A stretch of DNA of 64,000 nt from an uncultured Candidatus Rokubacteria bacterium (GCA_963708025.1 CAVPSB010000013.1:64001-128000); one strand, 5' to 3'. Shown: positions 38,111-50,294, numbered from the stretch's first letter. Notes: a model not told the origin generated them from the letters alone. Numbers and translations: made by a program.

Positions 38111-38796
38111 GAGCGGAACAGCCTCAGGTCGAGCCGCGCGTGCTCCCACCCGGCCAGCTCCAGCCCCGGCGTGAAGCTCCACATGTCCTCCGGCCGCGCG
38201 CGGGCGGCCTCGGTCGCCAGGCGGTGGATCCGAGGCCGCATGGCGGCCAGCGCATGCTGCCCCTCGAGCTGGCCGAGCGGCATCAGCCTGAGCGCGGCGC
38301 CCACCAGCATGGCGGCGGTGGCGTAGAGGTAGGCGGCCGCGATGGCCTCGGCCGGGGCACCGCCCCGCCCGGTCACGGCGCCGAACACGACCGCGTGGTG
38401 ACCCGGCGTCCGGCCCTCGGCCACGGCCCGGGCGACGGCGCCGACGAACGGGTCGTCCTCGAGCGCGGCGGCGACCCGCGCGGTCTGACGGCCCATCTGC
38501 TGGCTCGCGTCCCGGAACTCCCGGACGCACTTCGTGGCGTGGAGCGCCGCGTCGAGGGCCATCCAGCCGGCGAGGTCGTCGCGCACGGCGGCCTGCGCGG
38601 CGGCGGCGGCCGCGACCGCGTCGCCGGGCCCCGCGCTGCCCTCGAGGTGAGCGGCGAGAAACGCCTCGAGGCCGGCGCGGTCGCGGACGAGGCCGGCCTG
38701 GGCGTAGGTCTCGAGCCCGAACGAGTGGGCGAACCCCCCGGCCGGGAAGAGCCCGTCCGTGAACTGGAGCAGGCCGAGGAGCCCGTCAGTCACCAT
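38107..38796 (-). CDS. ureF: Urease accessory protein UreF
   Basis: [33 protein letters not shown] and [11 protein letters not shown] motifs. Confidence 0.95.
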   Translation of the reverse strand: MVTDGLLGLLQFTDGLFPAGGFAHSFGLETYAQAGLVRDRAGLEAFLAAHLEGSAGPGDAVAAAAAAQAAVRDDLAGWMALDAALHATKCVREFRDASQQMGRQTARVAAALEDDPFVGAVARAVAEGRTPGHHAVVFGAVTGRGGAPAEAIAAAYLYATAAMLVGAALRLMPLGQLEGQHALAAMRPRIHRLATEAARARPEDMWSFTPGLELAGWEHARLDLRLFRS

Positions 38797-39232
38797 GCCG
38801 GTGTCCTTTTCCGATCGGCGTGAACGCCGTCCGCTCGCGCTGCCAGGTCACGCCGAGCCGGGTCAGGAGCCGCTCCATGGCCGGATCGTCCGGCACCAGG
38901 AGCCGCTGAGCGTCGATGGCGAGCGTGAAGTGGCGGTTTCCGACCTCGAATGCGAGGCGTAGCGCCTCCTCGGGGGAGCGCGGGGTGGCGGCCAGCACCG
39001 GCTCCGGCGCCGCCTCGACGACCACGTACCACCCGGGACCGACGTGGAGCACGTCGCCCGGAACCAGCGCGCTGCCGGTGGGCAGCGCCAGCGCCAGCTC
39101 GCGGCCGCCGCGCGTGGCGACGCGACGCCGGCCCCAGCGGCGCTCCTCCGCCGTCAGCACCAGCGCGTCGCGCTCGAGCCCCGCCAGGTCGGCTCCATCC
39201 GTCTCCACCCGCGCCTGCGTGATCACGATCAT
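38786..39232 (-). CDS. ureE: Urease accessory nickel chaperone UreG partner UreE
   Basis: RRWGRRRVATRGGRELALAL, LAFEVGNRH and a short His tail GHRHGD. Confidence 0.9.
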   Translation of the reverse strand: MIVITQARVETDGADLAGLERDALVLTAEERRWGRRRVATRGGRELALALPTGSALVPGDVLHVGPGWYVVVEAAPEPVLAATPRSPEEALRLAFEVGNRHFTLAIDAQRLLVPDDPAMERLLTRLGVTWQRERTAFTPIGKGHRHGD

Positions 39233-39298
39233 TCGGACCTCCCCCACCCCCACCCCTCCCGGCACCCTCCGGGGGGAGGGGCGCCGGCCCCTTCGAAC
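39232..39298 (-). repeat. Diverged copy of the G-rich intergenic repeat, supplying the ureE Shine-Dalgarno
   Basis: Minus strand ...CCCTCCCCCCGGAGGGTGCCGGGAGGGGTGGGGGTGGGGGAGGTCCGA-ATG. Confidence 0.7.
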
Positions 39299-39334
39299 TC
39301 CACGCTGCCCACGGGCGGGGCGTCCTTGACGTTG

Positions 39335-41053
39335 TCAGAAGAGGAAGTAGCGCTGCGCCATCGGTAGGACCCGGGCCGGCTCGCAGGTGAGTAGCTCGCC
39401 GTCCGCCCGGACCTCGTAGGTCTCGGGATCGACCTCGATCCGCGGCAGGGCGTCGTTGTGGACCATGTCGCGCTTGCCGAGGCCGCGACAGCGCCGCACC
39501 GCCACCGCCCGTCGCTGGAGGCGCAGCCGTCCCGCCACGTCGGCGGCCAGGGCGGCGGCCGAGACGAACGTCACCGCCGTGCTCGCGACCGCCCGGCCGA
39601 AGGCGCCGAACATCGGCCGGTACAGCACCGGCTGGGGGGTCGGGATGGACGCGTTGGGATCGCCCATGGCCGCCCAGGCGATGGCGCCGCCCTTGACCAC
39701 CAGCTCCGGCTTGACGCCGAAGAACGCCGGCTTCCAGAGCACGAGGTCGGCCAGCTTGCCGGCCTCCACCGAGCCCACGTGGTCGGCCAGGCCGTGGGCG
39801 ATGGCCGGGTTGATCGTGTACTTCGCCACGTACCGCTTCACCCGGCGGTTGTCGTCGCCCGGCGTCTCGCCGGGGAGCGCGCCCCGCTGGCGCTTCATCT
39901 TGTCGGCGGTCTGCCAGGTGCGGATGATCACCTCGCCGATCCGCCCCATCGCCTGGGAATCGGACGACATCATGCTGATCGCCCCGAGGTCGTGGAGGAT
40001 GTCCTCGGCGGCGATCGTCTCCGCCCGGATCCGGGACTCCGCGAACGCCAGGTCCTCGGGGATGCGCGGGTTCAGGTGGTGACACACCATGAGCATGTCG
40101 AGGTGCTCGTCCATGGTGTTCACCGTGAACGGCATCGTCGGGTTGGTCGACGAGGGCAGGCAGTTGGGCTCGCCGCAGACCCGGATGATGTCGGGGGCGT
40201 GCCCGCCCCCCGCCCCTTCCGTGTGGTAGGTGTGGATCGTGCGGCCCCGGAAGGCGCGGATCGAGTCCTCGACGAAGCCCGCCTCGTTCAGGGTGTCGGT
40301 GTGGATCGCCACCTGGACGTCGTGCTCCTCGGCGACGCCCAGGGCGCAGTCGATGGCCGCCGGCGTCGTCCCCCAGTCCTCGTGGAGCTTGAGCCCGATG
40401 GCGCCGGCGGCGATCTGCTCGCGGAGCGGCTCGGGGGTCGAGGCGTTCCCCTTGCCCAGGAAGCCGAGGTTCACCGGGAAGGCCTCGCTCGCCTCCAGCA
40501 TCCGGTGGAGATGCCACTCGCCCGGGGTGCAGGTCGTCGCGTTCGTCCCGGTGGCCGGCCCGGTGCCGCCCCCGAGCAGGGTCGTGAGCCCGGCGCTGAT
40601 CGCCTCGGTCACGAGCTGCGGGCAGATGAAGTGGATGTGCGCGTCGAGCCCGCCGGCGGTGACCAGGCGACCCTCGCCGGCGATCACCTCGGTCCCGGCG
40701 CCGACGACCATGCCCTCCGAGACGCCGGCCATGAGGTCGGGGTTCCCGGCCTTGCCGACGCCGGCGATGCGACCGTCGCGGATGCCGATGTCCGCCTTCA
40801 CGATCCCCCAGTGGTCCACGATCACCGCGTTCGTGATCACGGTGTCCAGGGCCCCGGCGGCGCGGGTGGCCCGCGCCGACTGCCCCATGCCGTCCCGGAG
40901 CACCTTGCCGCCGCCGAACTTGGCCTCCTCGCCGGGGGTCGTGAGGTCCCGCTCGACCCGGATGAACAGCTCGGTGTCGGCGAGGCGCACGCGGTCCCCC
41001 ACCGTCGGCCCGTACAGGTCGGCGTACTGCCGGCGCGTCAGGCGCAGCGTCAT
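39335..41053 (-). CDS. ureC: Urease alpha subunit
   Basis: [52 protein letters not shown] and SSDSQAMGR (all Ni ligands present). Confidence 0.99.
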   Translation of the reverse strand: MTLRLTRRQYADLYGPTVGDRVRLADTELFIRVERDLTTPGEEAKFGGGKVLRDGMGQSARATRAAGALDTVITNAVIVDHWGIVKADIGIRDGRIAGVGKAGNPDLMAGVSEGMVVGAGTEVIAGEGRLVTAGGLDAHIHFICPQLVTEAISAGLTTLLGGGTGPATGTNATTCTPGEWHLHRMLEASEAFPVNLGFLGKGNASTPEPLREQIAAGAIGLKLHEDWGTTPAAIDCALGVAEEHDVQVAIHTDTLNEAGFVEDSIRAFRGRTIHTYHTEGAGGGHAPDIIRVCGEPNCLPSSTNPTMPFTVNTMDEHLDMLMVCHHLNPRIPEDLAFAESRIRAETIAAEDILHDLGAISMMSSDSQAMGRIGEVIIRTWQTADKMKRQRGALPGETPGDDNRRVKRYVAKYTINPAIAHGLADHVGSVEAGKLADLVLWKPAFFGVKPELVVKGGAIAWAAMGDPNASIPTPQPVLYRPMFGAFGRAVASTAVTFVSAAALAADVAGRLRLQRRAVAVRRCRGLGKRDMVHNDALPRIEVDPETYEVRADGELLTCEPARVLPMAQRYFLF

Positions 41054-41400
41054 GGCCGGCGCTCCCACTCGGCCAGCCGGCCGAGCGCCGCGTCCCGGTC
41101 GCCGCCCTGGGTGAGGGCGTTGAGCCCGAACAGCCGGCGGGCGCCGGCCACCTCGACGAGGGTGACGCGTTTGGCGTCACCCGGCTCGAACCGGACCGCG
41201 GTGCCGGCCGGGACGTTCAGCCGCATGCCGAACGCCCGCGCGCGATCGAAGGACAGGGCCCGGTTGACCTCGAAGAAGTGGAAGTGGGAGCCGACCTGGA
41301 TCGGCCGGTCGCCGGTGTTGGTCACGACCAGCTCGACCGTCTGGCGACCCGCATTGGCGACGATGTCGCCGTCGCCGAGCACGTACTCCCCGGGAATCAT
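41050..41400 (-). CDS. ureB: Urease beta subunit
   Basis: [24 protein letters not shown] and [11 protein letters not shown]. Confidence 0.98.
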   Translation of the reverse strand: MIPGEYVLGDGDIVANAGRQTVELVVTNTGDRPIQVGSHFHFFEVNRALSFDRARAFGMRLNVPAGTAVRFEPGDAKRVTLVEVAGARRLFGLNALTQGGDRDAALGRLAEWERRP

Positions 41401-41411
41401 GAGGTGGGCTC

Positions 41412-41714
41412 CTATCGGATCGGCGAGTGGATGGTCACCAGCTTGGTGCCGTCGGGAAAGGTGCCCTCGACCTGCACCTCTTCCAGCATCTCCGGCACGC
41501 CCTCCATCACGTCGTCCCGGCCGAGGATGGTCAGCCCGGCCGCCATCAGCTCGGAGACCGACCGGCCGTCGCGGATGCCTTCGAGGATCTCGGCGGTGAT
41601 GAGCGCCAGCGCCTCGGGGTGGTTGAGCTTCAGGCCCCGGGTCCGGCGCCGCCGGGCCAGCTCGGCGGCGGTGAAGATGAGGAGCTTCTCCTGCTCCCGC
41701 GGGGTGAGGTGCAT
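41412..41714 (-). CDS. ureA: Urease gamma subunit
   Basis: [19 protein letters not shown] and [16 protein letters not shown]. Confidence 0.98.
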   Translation of the reverse strand: MHLTPREQEKLLIFTAAELARRRRTRGLKLNHPEALALITAEILEGIRDGRSVSELMAAGLTILGRDDVMEGVPEMLEEVQVEGTFPDGTKLVTIHSPIR

Positions 41715-41730
41715 CGTTGGACCTCCCTCG

Positions 41731-42003
41731 TCACACGGACAGAAAGCGCTTCATTTCCTCGACGTCGAAGCCGGCCTTCTCGCCCTCCCAGGCGATGGCT
41801 CCTTTCTCCATCACGTAGAAGCGATCGCAGAGCGCGTGGGCGAACTCGAGGTACTGCTCGACCACGACGATGGCGCGGCGCCCCTCGACCTTGATGCGGC
41901 CGAGCGCGTCGGCGATCTCCTCCACGAGCGAGGGCTGGATGCCCTCGGTCGGCTCGTCGAGGAGGAGCAGTCGGGGATCGGCGATGAGGGTGACCAGGGC
42001 GGC
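41731..42003 (-). pseudogene. urtE: 3' remnant of urea ABC transporter ATPase UrtE
   Basis: DPRLLLLDEPTEGIQPSLVEEI...VVVEQYLEFA...FYVMEKG...RFLSV. An in-frame TGA at 42004-42006 lies upstream, and there is no Walker A or signature motif. Confidence 0.75.
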
Positions 42004-42193
42004 TCAGCCGTCATGCCGCCCGCGGCCCCAATGAAGCAAGGGTCGTGCCCGGGAGAGGTCGGACGACGCCGGCCGCCGAATGGCATGACGGGCGGAGGCT
42101 TACACCGACAGACCTTCCGGCGGGCTCGCCCGCGGGTGCCGCATCCGCAGGCACCGGTGCCCAAGGTCGAGGCAGGCGCCGGGTCGGTGGGCT

Positions 42194-43457
42194 TCAGGTC
42201 GCCAGCGAGGGGAGGTCGGCCTCGGGGGGCGCGGCGCGGAGCACCTCGACGTAGGATGCGACGGCGCGCTTCAAGCCGACGTCGCGCCGCTGGGACTCGG
42301 AGAGGAACCGAGCGGTGCTCGAGGAGCTGGTGGAAGAGCTCGGCCGGCTCCAGCGTCCCGCGCAGCTCGAGCGGGATCGCCTTCAGAACCGGCTCGTACA
42401 CCTCGACGAGCCACCGCCCCGCGACCTCGGCCTCCACCTCCGGTCCGGCATGTCCGCGCCGGGCGCCGAAGCCGGCAATGTCGTGGAGGAGCCGGCGAGC
42501 CTGGTTTTCCTGGGCCGTGATCCCCGTCAGCAGCAAGAGGCGGCGGCTGTGGTGGCCCGGCTCGACGACCTGCGGGTTGACCCGGAGCCGGTACCCCCCC
42601 ACGGCCGCGATCAGCTCGACCTCCTCGACGTCGAAGCCGAGCTCGGCGAGCCCGCGCAGGCGGGCGTCGATCCGGAACCGCTCCTCGGGACCGAAGATCT
42701 CCTCCCGGGTCAGCTCGGACCAGAGCTGCTCGTATCGTCGCGGGATCTCCGCCGCCGTGTTGACCGGATCGAGCTCCTCCGGGAGGCCGGCGGCGGCGGC
42801 GAGGTCCATCAGCTCGCCCGCCACGTTCTCCTCGGCGATGGCGACATCGTGGCCACGCTGGCCATCGCTCAGGCGCGCATGCAACTCGCCCGTCTCGGAG
42901 TCCACGAGGTAGGCGGCGAGGGCGCCCGCGTCACGGCGGAAGAGAGTGTTGGAGAGCGAGCAGTCGCCCCAGAAGAAGCCGGCCAGGTGCAAGCGCACGA
43001 GCAGGCCGGTCAGGGCATCGAGTAGCCGGTTGCGCAGGTCACCGACCGGCGGCCGAGCGAACAGCGCCCGGTACGGCACCGAGAACTCGAGATGCCGCGT
43101 GAGGAGCACCGCTTCCGGCTCCGGACGCCCCCCGGCGCGTGCCGACCCCGCCGCGCCCGAGCGGCTGACCACACCCACCGCCTCGACCACCGGAACCGAC
43201 TTCTCGGCCAGCGTGCGCAGCAGCCGGTACTCGCGCTCGGCAAGCCGGCGGGGCAGCTCCTTGAGGGCGTACAGCCGGTCGCCGTATTCGACGAAGCGCA
43301 CCACGTGCCGGTGGATTCCCCGCTCGACGTTGACCACGCGCTCCGAGCGCCAGCGCTCGAGCGGCTCCTCCCACGGCAAATCGAGGAAGTCGGGGTGGCC
43401 CGGCCGCACGAGCATCGAGAAGGCTCCGTCGGGCGGCGTTCGGCTCCTGGTGTCCAC
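42194..43457 (-). CDS. DUF4032 / kinase-like domain protein (frameshift near 42311)
   Basis: FLDLPWEEPL, RGIHRHVVRFV, YALKEL, GFFWGDCSLSNTLFRRDAGALAAYLVDSET and LGFDVEEVE. Correcting one base restores LEHRWFLSE...DVG. Confidence 0.85.
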
Positions 43458-43630
43458 GATCCCGCGTCTCCCTCTCGTTAGAGGGAGCGGAGAGCCGGTG
43501 AGGATTCCGGGCCGGCCGGGTGGCGCATTCCGAAGGCACGTGCCCAATCCGGAGGCAGCCGCCATGGTCCTTGCCACCCCCGAGGGCTCTCATCTATGCT
43601 GCGACCCGGGCGAGCGAAAGGATTCGACTG

Positions 43631-44482
43631 ATGAGGCTTCACGTCAACGGCACGACGCTCGATTGCGAGACGGTCGGGGAGGGGGCGCCCTGTCTCTGCC
43701 TGCACGGCGGACCCGGCACCGACTCCTCGGGCCTGCGACGGAGCCTGGGGCCCCTCGCCGAGGCCCTCGGCCTCCGCCTGATCTTCTATGACCACCGCGG
43801 GCACGGGGGGTCGGAGTGGGTGCCGGTCGAGCAGTGCACGCAGGACCAGCTCGTCGCCGACGTCAACGGGGTGCGCCAGGCGCTCGGGCTGGGACGGGTC
43901 CACGTGCTCGGCATCAGCTGGGGCGGATTCCTCGGCCTGATGTACGCGGCCCGCTACCCGGAGTCGATGCAGACCCTCGCCGTCGTCGGGGCGTCGGCCA
44001 GCCGCGCGTTCATGCCCCGGGCGGAGGAGAACGCCCGGCGGCAGGCGACCCCCGAGCAGTGGGCGGCCTACCGCTCGCTGTGGGACGGGTCGCTGGCGGA
44101 CGACGAAAGCTACCGGCGCGCGTTCGAGACGATCCGCCCCCTCTACTTCTTCGACAGGACGCTGGCGGCCGTCGCCAACGCGGCGCGGGCCGACACGCGC
44201 TACCGGCTGGCCGTCCGCAAGTTCGTGATCGATCACGAGTACGCGCGGTACGACTGCCGCGCCGAGCTCTCCGGCATCCGCTGTCCGACGCTGGTCGCGG
44301 TCGGGCGTCACGACTGGATCTGCCCGGTCGACCAGGCGGAGGAGATCCACCGGCTGATCCCCCACTCCGAGCTGGCCGTCTTCGAGAGGAGCGGACACTC
44401 CCCCCAGGTCGAGGAGCGCGACGCGTTCACCCGGCGACTGGCGAGCTTTCTCGGCGCCGGGACGCCGGCCGGCTCGCACTGA
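43631..44482 (+). CDS. Alpha/beta hydrolase (proline iminopeptidase-like)
   Basis: LHGGPG, YDHRGHG, GISWGG (nucleophile Ser), GRHD and SGHSP. Confidence 0.9.
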   Translation: MRLHVNGTTLDCETVGEGAPCLCLHGGPGTDSSGLRRSLGPLAEALGLRLIFYDHRGHGGSEWVPVEQCTQDQLVADVNGVRQALGLGRVHVLGISWGGFLGLMYAARYPESMQTLAVVGASASRAFMPRAEENARRQATPEQWAAYRSLWDGSLADDESYRRAFETIRPLYFFDRTLAAVANAARADTRYRLAVRKFVIDHEYARYDCRAELSGIRCPTLVAVGRHDWICPVDQAEEIHRLIPHSELAVFERSGHSPQVEERDAFTRRLASFLGAGTPAGSH

Positions 44483-44550
44483 CCCCCCGCGACCGGCGCT
44501 GCCGCCGATCCCCGGCGCCCCGGGAGGGCTGACACGGTTCCCCGGGGCGA

Positions 44551-45030
44551 CTACGTCCGCCGGAACGCGCTGCGGTTGCTCCGGATCTGCTCGGCGTGCT
44601 CGTGGGCGTGCGGCCCGTAGCTCTCCAGCCAGCGGGCGGTCGAGTACTCGCCGGTCGGCGTCGGCATGCCGGCCTTGGCCCAGTCGGCCTCGGTCATCCG
44701 GTCGAGCAGCTCGGCCGTGTAGCCACGGACCGCCTGGAACATCGCCAGCGCGGCCTCCAGCGGTCGCTCGGCGTAGGCGAACCGCGCCGCCAGCTCGTCC
44801 GGGTCGTAACGCCAGAGCTGCGCGTCGTCCGTGATCAGGATCCGGCGGAGCCGCACGGAGGCGATCATCTCGCTGTCGGCGAGGTGATGCACCACCTCCC
44901 GGGCGCTCCACTCGGACTTGGCGGGCTTCCAGTCCAGCTCGTCCGGCGCGATGCCGGCGAGGGCGGCGACCACCTCGGCGTACCCCTTCTTGTAGCGATC
45001 GATCAGCTCGGCCCGTTCAGCAGCGGTCAT
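44551..45030 (-). CDS. DinB/YfiT-family metal-binding protein
   Basis: WSAREVVHHLADSE and HAHEHAEQI. Confidence 0.88.
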   Translation of the reverse strand: MTAAERAELIDRYKKGYAEVVAALAGIAPDELDWKPAKSEWSAREVVHHLADSEMIASVRLRRILITDDAQLWRYDPDELAARFAYAERPLEAALAMFQAVRGYTAELLDRMTEADWAKAGMPTPTGEYSTARWLESYGPHAHEHAEQIRSNRSAFRRT

Positions 45031-47136
45031 CGGTTCTCCTTTTGAACCTCCCTCCTACCCCCCCACCCCCTCCGTTTGACCGGATCGCCGGGACGGCTCG
45101 GGCCTACGGCCCTCGCGACGTCCCACCCTCCGGCGGCCACGGGGGGAGGCGGGGTCGGAGTCGGAGGCCCCGATTGCTTCACATGCTGGGGCAGCCTCTC
45201 GGCGCCTCGCGGGATCCAGACGCGCATCGCACCCGGCTCGCGATTGGCCCAGGCGTAGTAAGGGATGGCGGTCAGCTCGACCCGCTGGCGGTCCGGCGCC
45301 GGCCCGGAGCGCGCCGGACGATAGAGCTGGTGGTGCCACGAGGCCGTATCCACGCGGAAGCCGGACGCGCGGACGACCGCGACGCCACCGAGCAGGTCGC
45401 CCTCCCACCGTGAGGTCAGCGGCGCCGCCGGGTCGATCTCGAGGTCGGCGACGGGCGCTCCGGGATGGTCCGCCTGCTCCAGGCAGTACACGAGAGGTCC
45501 CCGCTCGATCGCCACGCGCCCGCGCGTCGAACTCGATCCACGGATGCGCCTCGACGAGCCGGGGCTCCATGGCCAGGTCGAGCTCGACCGCGTCGCCGCG
45601 CGCCCAGCCCCGCTCGAGCCGCAGGTAGCCGTTCGCGTCCGGCGTGACCTCCACCTCGCGGTCGTTGACGCGGACGGCGACCCCCCGGCACCAGCCGGGC
45701 GCGCGCAGGCCGAGCGTCCACGGGCCGCCGCCCCCCTCCTCGATCGCGAGCCGGATCCGGCCCTCCCACGGATAGGCGCTGTCCATCCGGAGGACGACGG
45801 TCGAGCCCGACCCGAGCTCGGTGACGAACCGCGCGGACCCGTACTGGTGGATCTGCAGTCCCGAGGCATCGCGGGTCGCGACGTAGTGGCCGAGCGACGC
45901 CACCAGCCGCATGACGTTCGGCGGACAGCAGGCGACCAGGTGCCACTCCTTCCGCCGGCACCCGCCCCGGGAGAGCCGCTCGTCGGCGCCGTTGCTGGCC
46001 AGCGGGTTGACGTAGAAGTAGCGCTGGCCGTCCAGCGACACGCCGCCCAGCACCGCGTTGTAGAGCGTCCGCTCGATGAGGTCGGCGAACCGGGACTCGC
46101 CGGTCGCCAGCAGCATGCGCCAGCTCCACATGATGCTCCCGATCGCCGCGCACGTCTCCGAGTAGGCCAGGTCGCTCGGCAGCTCGTACGGCTGGCCGAG
46201 CGACTCGGCGTGATGGCGGGCGCCGATGCCGCCGGTGACGTAGAGCTTGTGGTGGACCAGGTCGTCCCACTGGCGGGTCAACGCCGCCAGCAGCGCCGGG
46301 TCGCCAGTCTCGAGGTACAGGTCCGTGACGCCCGCGGCCAGGTAGGTGGCCCGGACGGCGTGGCCCTCGACCTCGCTCGCCTCCCGGACGGGCACGCGGT
46401 CCTGGTAGTACGCCGAGCTGTTGAATCGCCCCGGCCCCAGGAAGCCGCGGCCGCGCTGGTCGACGAAGAACCTCGCGAGGTCGAGGTAGCGTCGCTCGCC
46501 GGTCTCCCGGTACAGCTCCACCAGCCCCATCTCGATCTCCGGATGGCCCGGGGTGGCGGCGCGCCGGCCCGGTCCGAAGACGGCGTCGATGCAGTCGGCG
46601 AAGCGCCGGGCGATCCGCAGCAGGCCATCGTCCCCGGTGGCGCGGTGATGGGCCACCGCCGCCTGGAACAGGTGGCCCGCGCAGTACAGCTCGTGGCCGT
46701 GAGAGAAGTCGGTCCAGCGCCGGCTCGGCTCGGCCACCTGATAGTGGGTGTTGAGATACCCGTCGGCCCCCTGGGCGGCGCCGACCAGCTCGGTCGTCGT
46801 GTCGATCGTCGATCGCAGCGCGTCGCCGGGCACTCGCGCGACCTCGTACGCCGCGGCCTCCAGCCACTTGTAGACGTCCGAGTCCATGAACACCGGCCCC
46901 CGGTACCGTCCCGTCGAGCGGCCGGCGGCGATCCGGAGGTTGTCGAGATTCCCGGCCGCCTCGAGCATCCGGAGGCCGTGCGGCAGGGCAAGCTGCCGGT
47001 TACTCGCCTGCCGGGCCGCCCAGAGGCCGCCCTCGAGCGTCACCGCCCGTGATCCGAGCGTCTTCCACGCGGCCCGAGGGCTCTGGCCCGTGTCAACGGG
47101 GCCGGCGCCCGGGATCCCTGTCCCCGTTCCCGTCAT
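45027..47136 (-). CDS. GH127 beta-L-arabinofuranosidase-family glycoside hydrolase (frameshift near 45530)
   Basis: FMDSDVYKWLEA, HELYCAGHL, GHPEIE, EGHAVRA, YSETCAAIG and ACCPPN. The C-terminus RGPLVYCLE...IPYYAWANR...MRVWIP is in a second frame. Confidence 0.9.
45045..45167 (-). repeat. Diverged copy of the G-rich repeat with an internal insertion
   Basis: ACCTCCCTCCTACCCCCCCACCCCCTCC...GGGCCTACGGCCC...CACGGGGGGAGGCGGGGTCGGAG, just upstream of the DinB RBS. Confidence 0.55.
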
Positions 47137-47180
47137 CCTGGCTCCCTGCCTGCTCGGCCAAGGGTTGACTTGATATATGA

Positions 47181-47194
47181 TGTGACCGGTCACG
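47181..47194. promoter_or_regulatory. LacI-type operator between divergent GH127 and GH31
   Basis: Palindrome (T)GTGACCGGTCAC; the same site recurs upstream of the LacI gene. Confidence 0.72.
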
Positions 47195-47218
47195 AAGGCC
47201 GTCTTACCTTCTCAGCAC

Positions 47219-49706
47219 ATGCCCGGGCTGTCAACGGTCGAGGCGCCGCAGGCGCCGGGATCGGGAGACGGCCCGCGGTACCGCAGCACACCCGGGGCGC
47301 GTCTCGACGAGGAGAGCGGATTGGGCAGCCAGGCCACGCCGTCACGATACGAGCGCGACGGTTCGACCCTGCGATTCGGGGGGGACCGCTCGCAGGTCGC
47401 GATCACGGTCTGCAGCCCGCGCATCGTCCGGGTCGAGCTGGCCGGCGAAGGCGAGGTGACCGGTCCCTCGTACGTCGAGCCCCGCGACTGGCCCGCCGCG
47501 CCCGTCGAGATCGTCGACGGCGAGCCGCTGCGCCTGGCGACGACCGACCTGCGGCTCGAGGTGACCACCACGCCGCTGCGCCTGACGTTCCTCGATCCCA
47601 CCGGCGCCTGGCTGCTCCGCGAGCCCGCGGACGGTGGCATGTTCGACGGAGCGGGTCGACGACGGCTCCCCGCGTCTCCGCCTCCAGGCCCGCTTCGCGT
47701 TCGCGGGCGAGCAGCACTTCTACGGCCTGGGCCAGGGCGGCCTCGCGCTCGACCGGCTCGGCGTGGCCCGCCAGCTCTGGAACACGCAGCTGGGCCACGG
47801 GCCCGGCTCGGACATGGGCATCCCGCTGCTCGTCTCCAACCGGGGCTACGCGCTGTTCTTCGACAATCCGGGCGACGCCGTGCTGACGGTGGGGCGGTCG
47901 GACAACGGCGTCCGCATCGTCTACACCGCCGAGGCGGGGCGGCTTCAGTGGTACTTCCTGATGGGCCCGGACCTGCGCGGGGTGATGGGCGAGGTGGCGG
48001 AGCTGCTCGGGCGGCCACCGCTTCCGCCGCGATGGGCCCTGGGGTTCCTCCAGTCTACCCGCCACTTCGACGACACCGCGGAGCTGCGCCGGCTGCCCCG
48101 GACGATCCGCGAGAAGCGGATTCCGTGCGACGGGCTGATCTACCTCTCGACGTACGGGGAGGCGCGCGGCTGGAACCGTGGCGTCGGGCATCTGGAGTTC
48201 CAGCCCGAGCTGTGGCCGGATCCGCCGGCCCTGCTCGAGGAGGTGCGGCGACAGCACTTCGAGGTCATCACCCACGAGTACCCGGTGCTCCACGAGGCCT
48301 CGCCGCTCTCCGCCGAGGCCGAGGCGCGTGGCTACCTGCTGGACGCGGGCTACGAGCGGGTGACCGCGGCGGACCGGCCGAGCGCGACCTACCGGGAGGG
48401 CCAGCGCTACCTCGACTTCTCGAACCCGGCCGCGCGCGCCTGGTGGTGGGCGGCCCACCGGGAGCTGGCGCGGCTCGGCGTGGCGGGCTGGTGGCTCGAC
48501 GGGGGGGAGGGCCCGCCGGCGACCTCGAAGCTCCACGCCGGCGACGGCACGCTCCTCCACAACATCTACGACCGGCTCCGCCACCAGGCGTTCGCCGAGG
48601 GCGAGGCGGCCGATCGCCCCGGACAGCGCGTGTTCCTGCTGTGCCGGTCGGGCGGGGCCGGGATGCAGCGGTTCGGGGCGGCCTGCTGGTCCGGCGACAT
48701 CAACAACGACTTCGCGACGCTGGAGGCCCAGGTCCCGCTGGGGCTGAACACCGGCCTGTCGGGGGTCCCGTACTGGGGGACCGACGTCGGCGGCTTCTTC
48801 CATCCGATCCCGGAGAGCGGGGAGCTGTACGCCCGGTGGTTCCAGCTCGGGGCCTTCAGCCCGATCTTCCGCTCGCACGGGTGGGTCTGGCGGGACCACG
48901 TGCCGTGGGCCCACGGCGCCGAGGTCGAGGCGATCTGCCGGCGCTACGCCGAGCTCCGCTATCGCCTGCTCCCCTACACGTACACCCTCGCCTGGCAGGC
49001 CCACACGCGGGGCCTCCCGCTCATGCGGCCGCTGGTCCTGAACTACCCCGACGATCCGCGGGTCTGGGGGCTCGGCCACGAATTCCTGTGGGGCGACGAC
49101 CTGCTGGTGGCCCCGGTGACGCGGGAGGGCGCCACCGCCTGGCCCGTCTACCTGCCGCCGGGCGGCTGGTACGACTTCTGGACCGGCGCCCGTCACGACG
49201 GCCCCGCCGGCGTCACGCTGGCGGCGCCGCTCGACCGGCTGCCGCTCCTCGTGCGGGCCGGCGCCATCCTGCCGCTGGGTCCGGTCGTCCAGCACACCGC
49301 CGAGCGGCCGCTGGACGAGATCACCCTGCTGATCTACCCGGACGGCGCCTCACGCTTCGAGCTGTACGAGGACGACGGGCGGACCAACGCCTACCGCCAG
49401 GGCCACCACGCGCTGACGCCCTTCGAGTGCGTGGCCGGGCCCGCCGGGGTCACCGTGCGGATCGGCGAGCCGGCGGGCGACCGGTCGGTGGTCCCGGCCG
49501 GCCGCCGCTACCTGCTCCGGCTCCGGATCGACCGGCCGTCCGCGGTGATGCTGGACGGCCACGGAGCGCTGCCGCGACTGGCGGGGCCGAGCCCGGAAGA
49601 CGCCGGCTGGTGGGTGGACGGCTCGGGATTCGTCTGGATCCGCCTCCCCCGCCAGCCCACCGCCACCGTCACGATCCGAACCGACGGCGCACGCCAAGTG
49701 TCCTGA
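47219..49706 (+). CDS. GH31 alpha-glucosidase/alpha-xylosidase family (frameshift near 47645)
   Basis: HFYGLGQ, LPPRWALG, GWWLDGGE (nucleophile), WSGDI (acid/base), WGTDVGGF, ELYARWFQ, RYRLLPYTYT and LYEDDG. The start is approximate. Confidence 0.9.
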
Positions 49707-50063
49707 CGCCTCTAGCGATCGGTCGAAGCATCGAGGCAACGCTGCGAGGGACGGTGCCGGCACCGCCCAGGGAGGAAACGATCGGGTAGTCTTTCGAGCT
49801 CCGCGCAACGCACGAGTGATGGGAGGCGGCTCGCCGAATTTCGGGCCAGCATCCTCATGGCGGGGCTCAGGCATTGCCGAGCTTGCCGCCAGGGTGCGCC
49901 GGATGGCGGAGATTACAGGTGCGTCGTGGCGCTCAACCCCGTGCGGGAGGCATCCCGCGACTTCCTGGACCGCACCCGGGGTACTCGGCGTGACGGAGAC
50001 GCTCCGGGGGCTGTCCTCGCGGAGTTGCGACGGATCGCGGCCTTTGCTACGGTGGAGCCCGTC

Positions 50064-50294
50064 ATGAATGCGAAGGCCGATCCTGTGGTGGCGGAGGTCG
50101 ACCGCCTCGTGGACGAGTACCGGGATCGCTGTCTCTGGTTCCTTCGCGAGGACTACTATCCCGATACGGACGCAGGACGGCTCCGCGTCCTGACTTACAT
50201 CCAGCGGCACGGCGATCGGGCGGCCTTCAGGAAGGCGGCGAACCTGCGACGATGGCTCTCACGTCGTTCCAGCGAGAGGTCTGCCGCACCATAG
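50064..50294 (+). CDS. Small helical hypothetical protein (76 aa), candidate antitoxin
   Basis: GGAG RBS; MNAKADPVVAEVDRLVDEYRDRCLWFLREDYYP...IQRHGDRAAF; overlaps the next gene by 43 nt. Confidence 0.7.
   Translation: MNAKADPVVAEVDRLVDEYRDRCLWFLREDYYPDTDAGRLRVLTYIQRHGDRAAFRKAANLRRWLSRRSSERSAAP

Noticed and set aside
41811-43577. 588-aa DUF4032 protein reaching into the urease region
   Set aside because: One extra base near 42311 causes read-through; the corrected protein stops at 42194.
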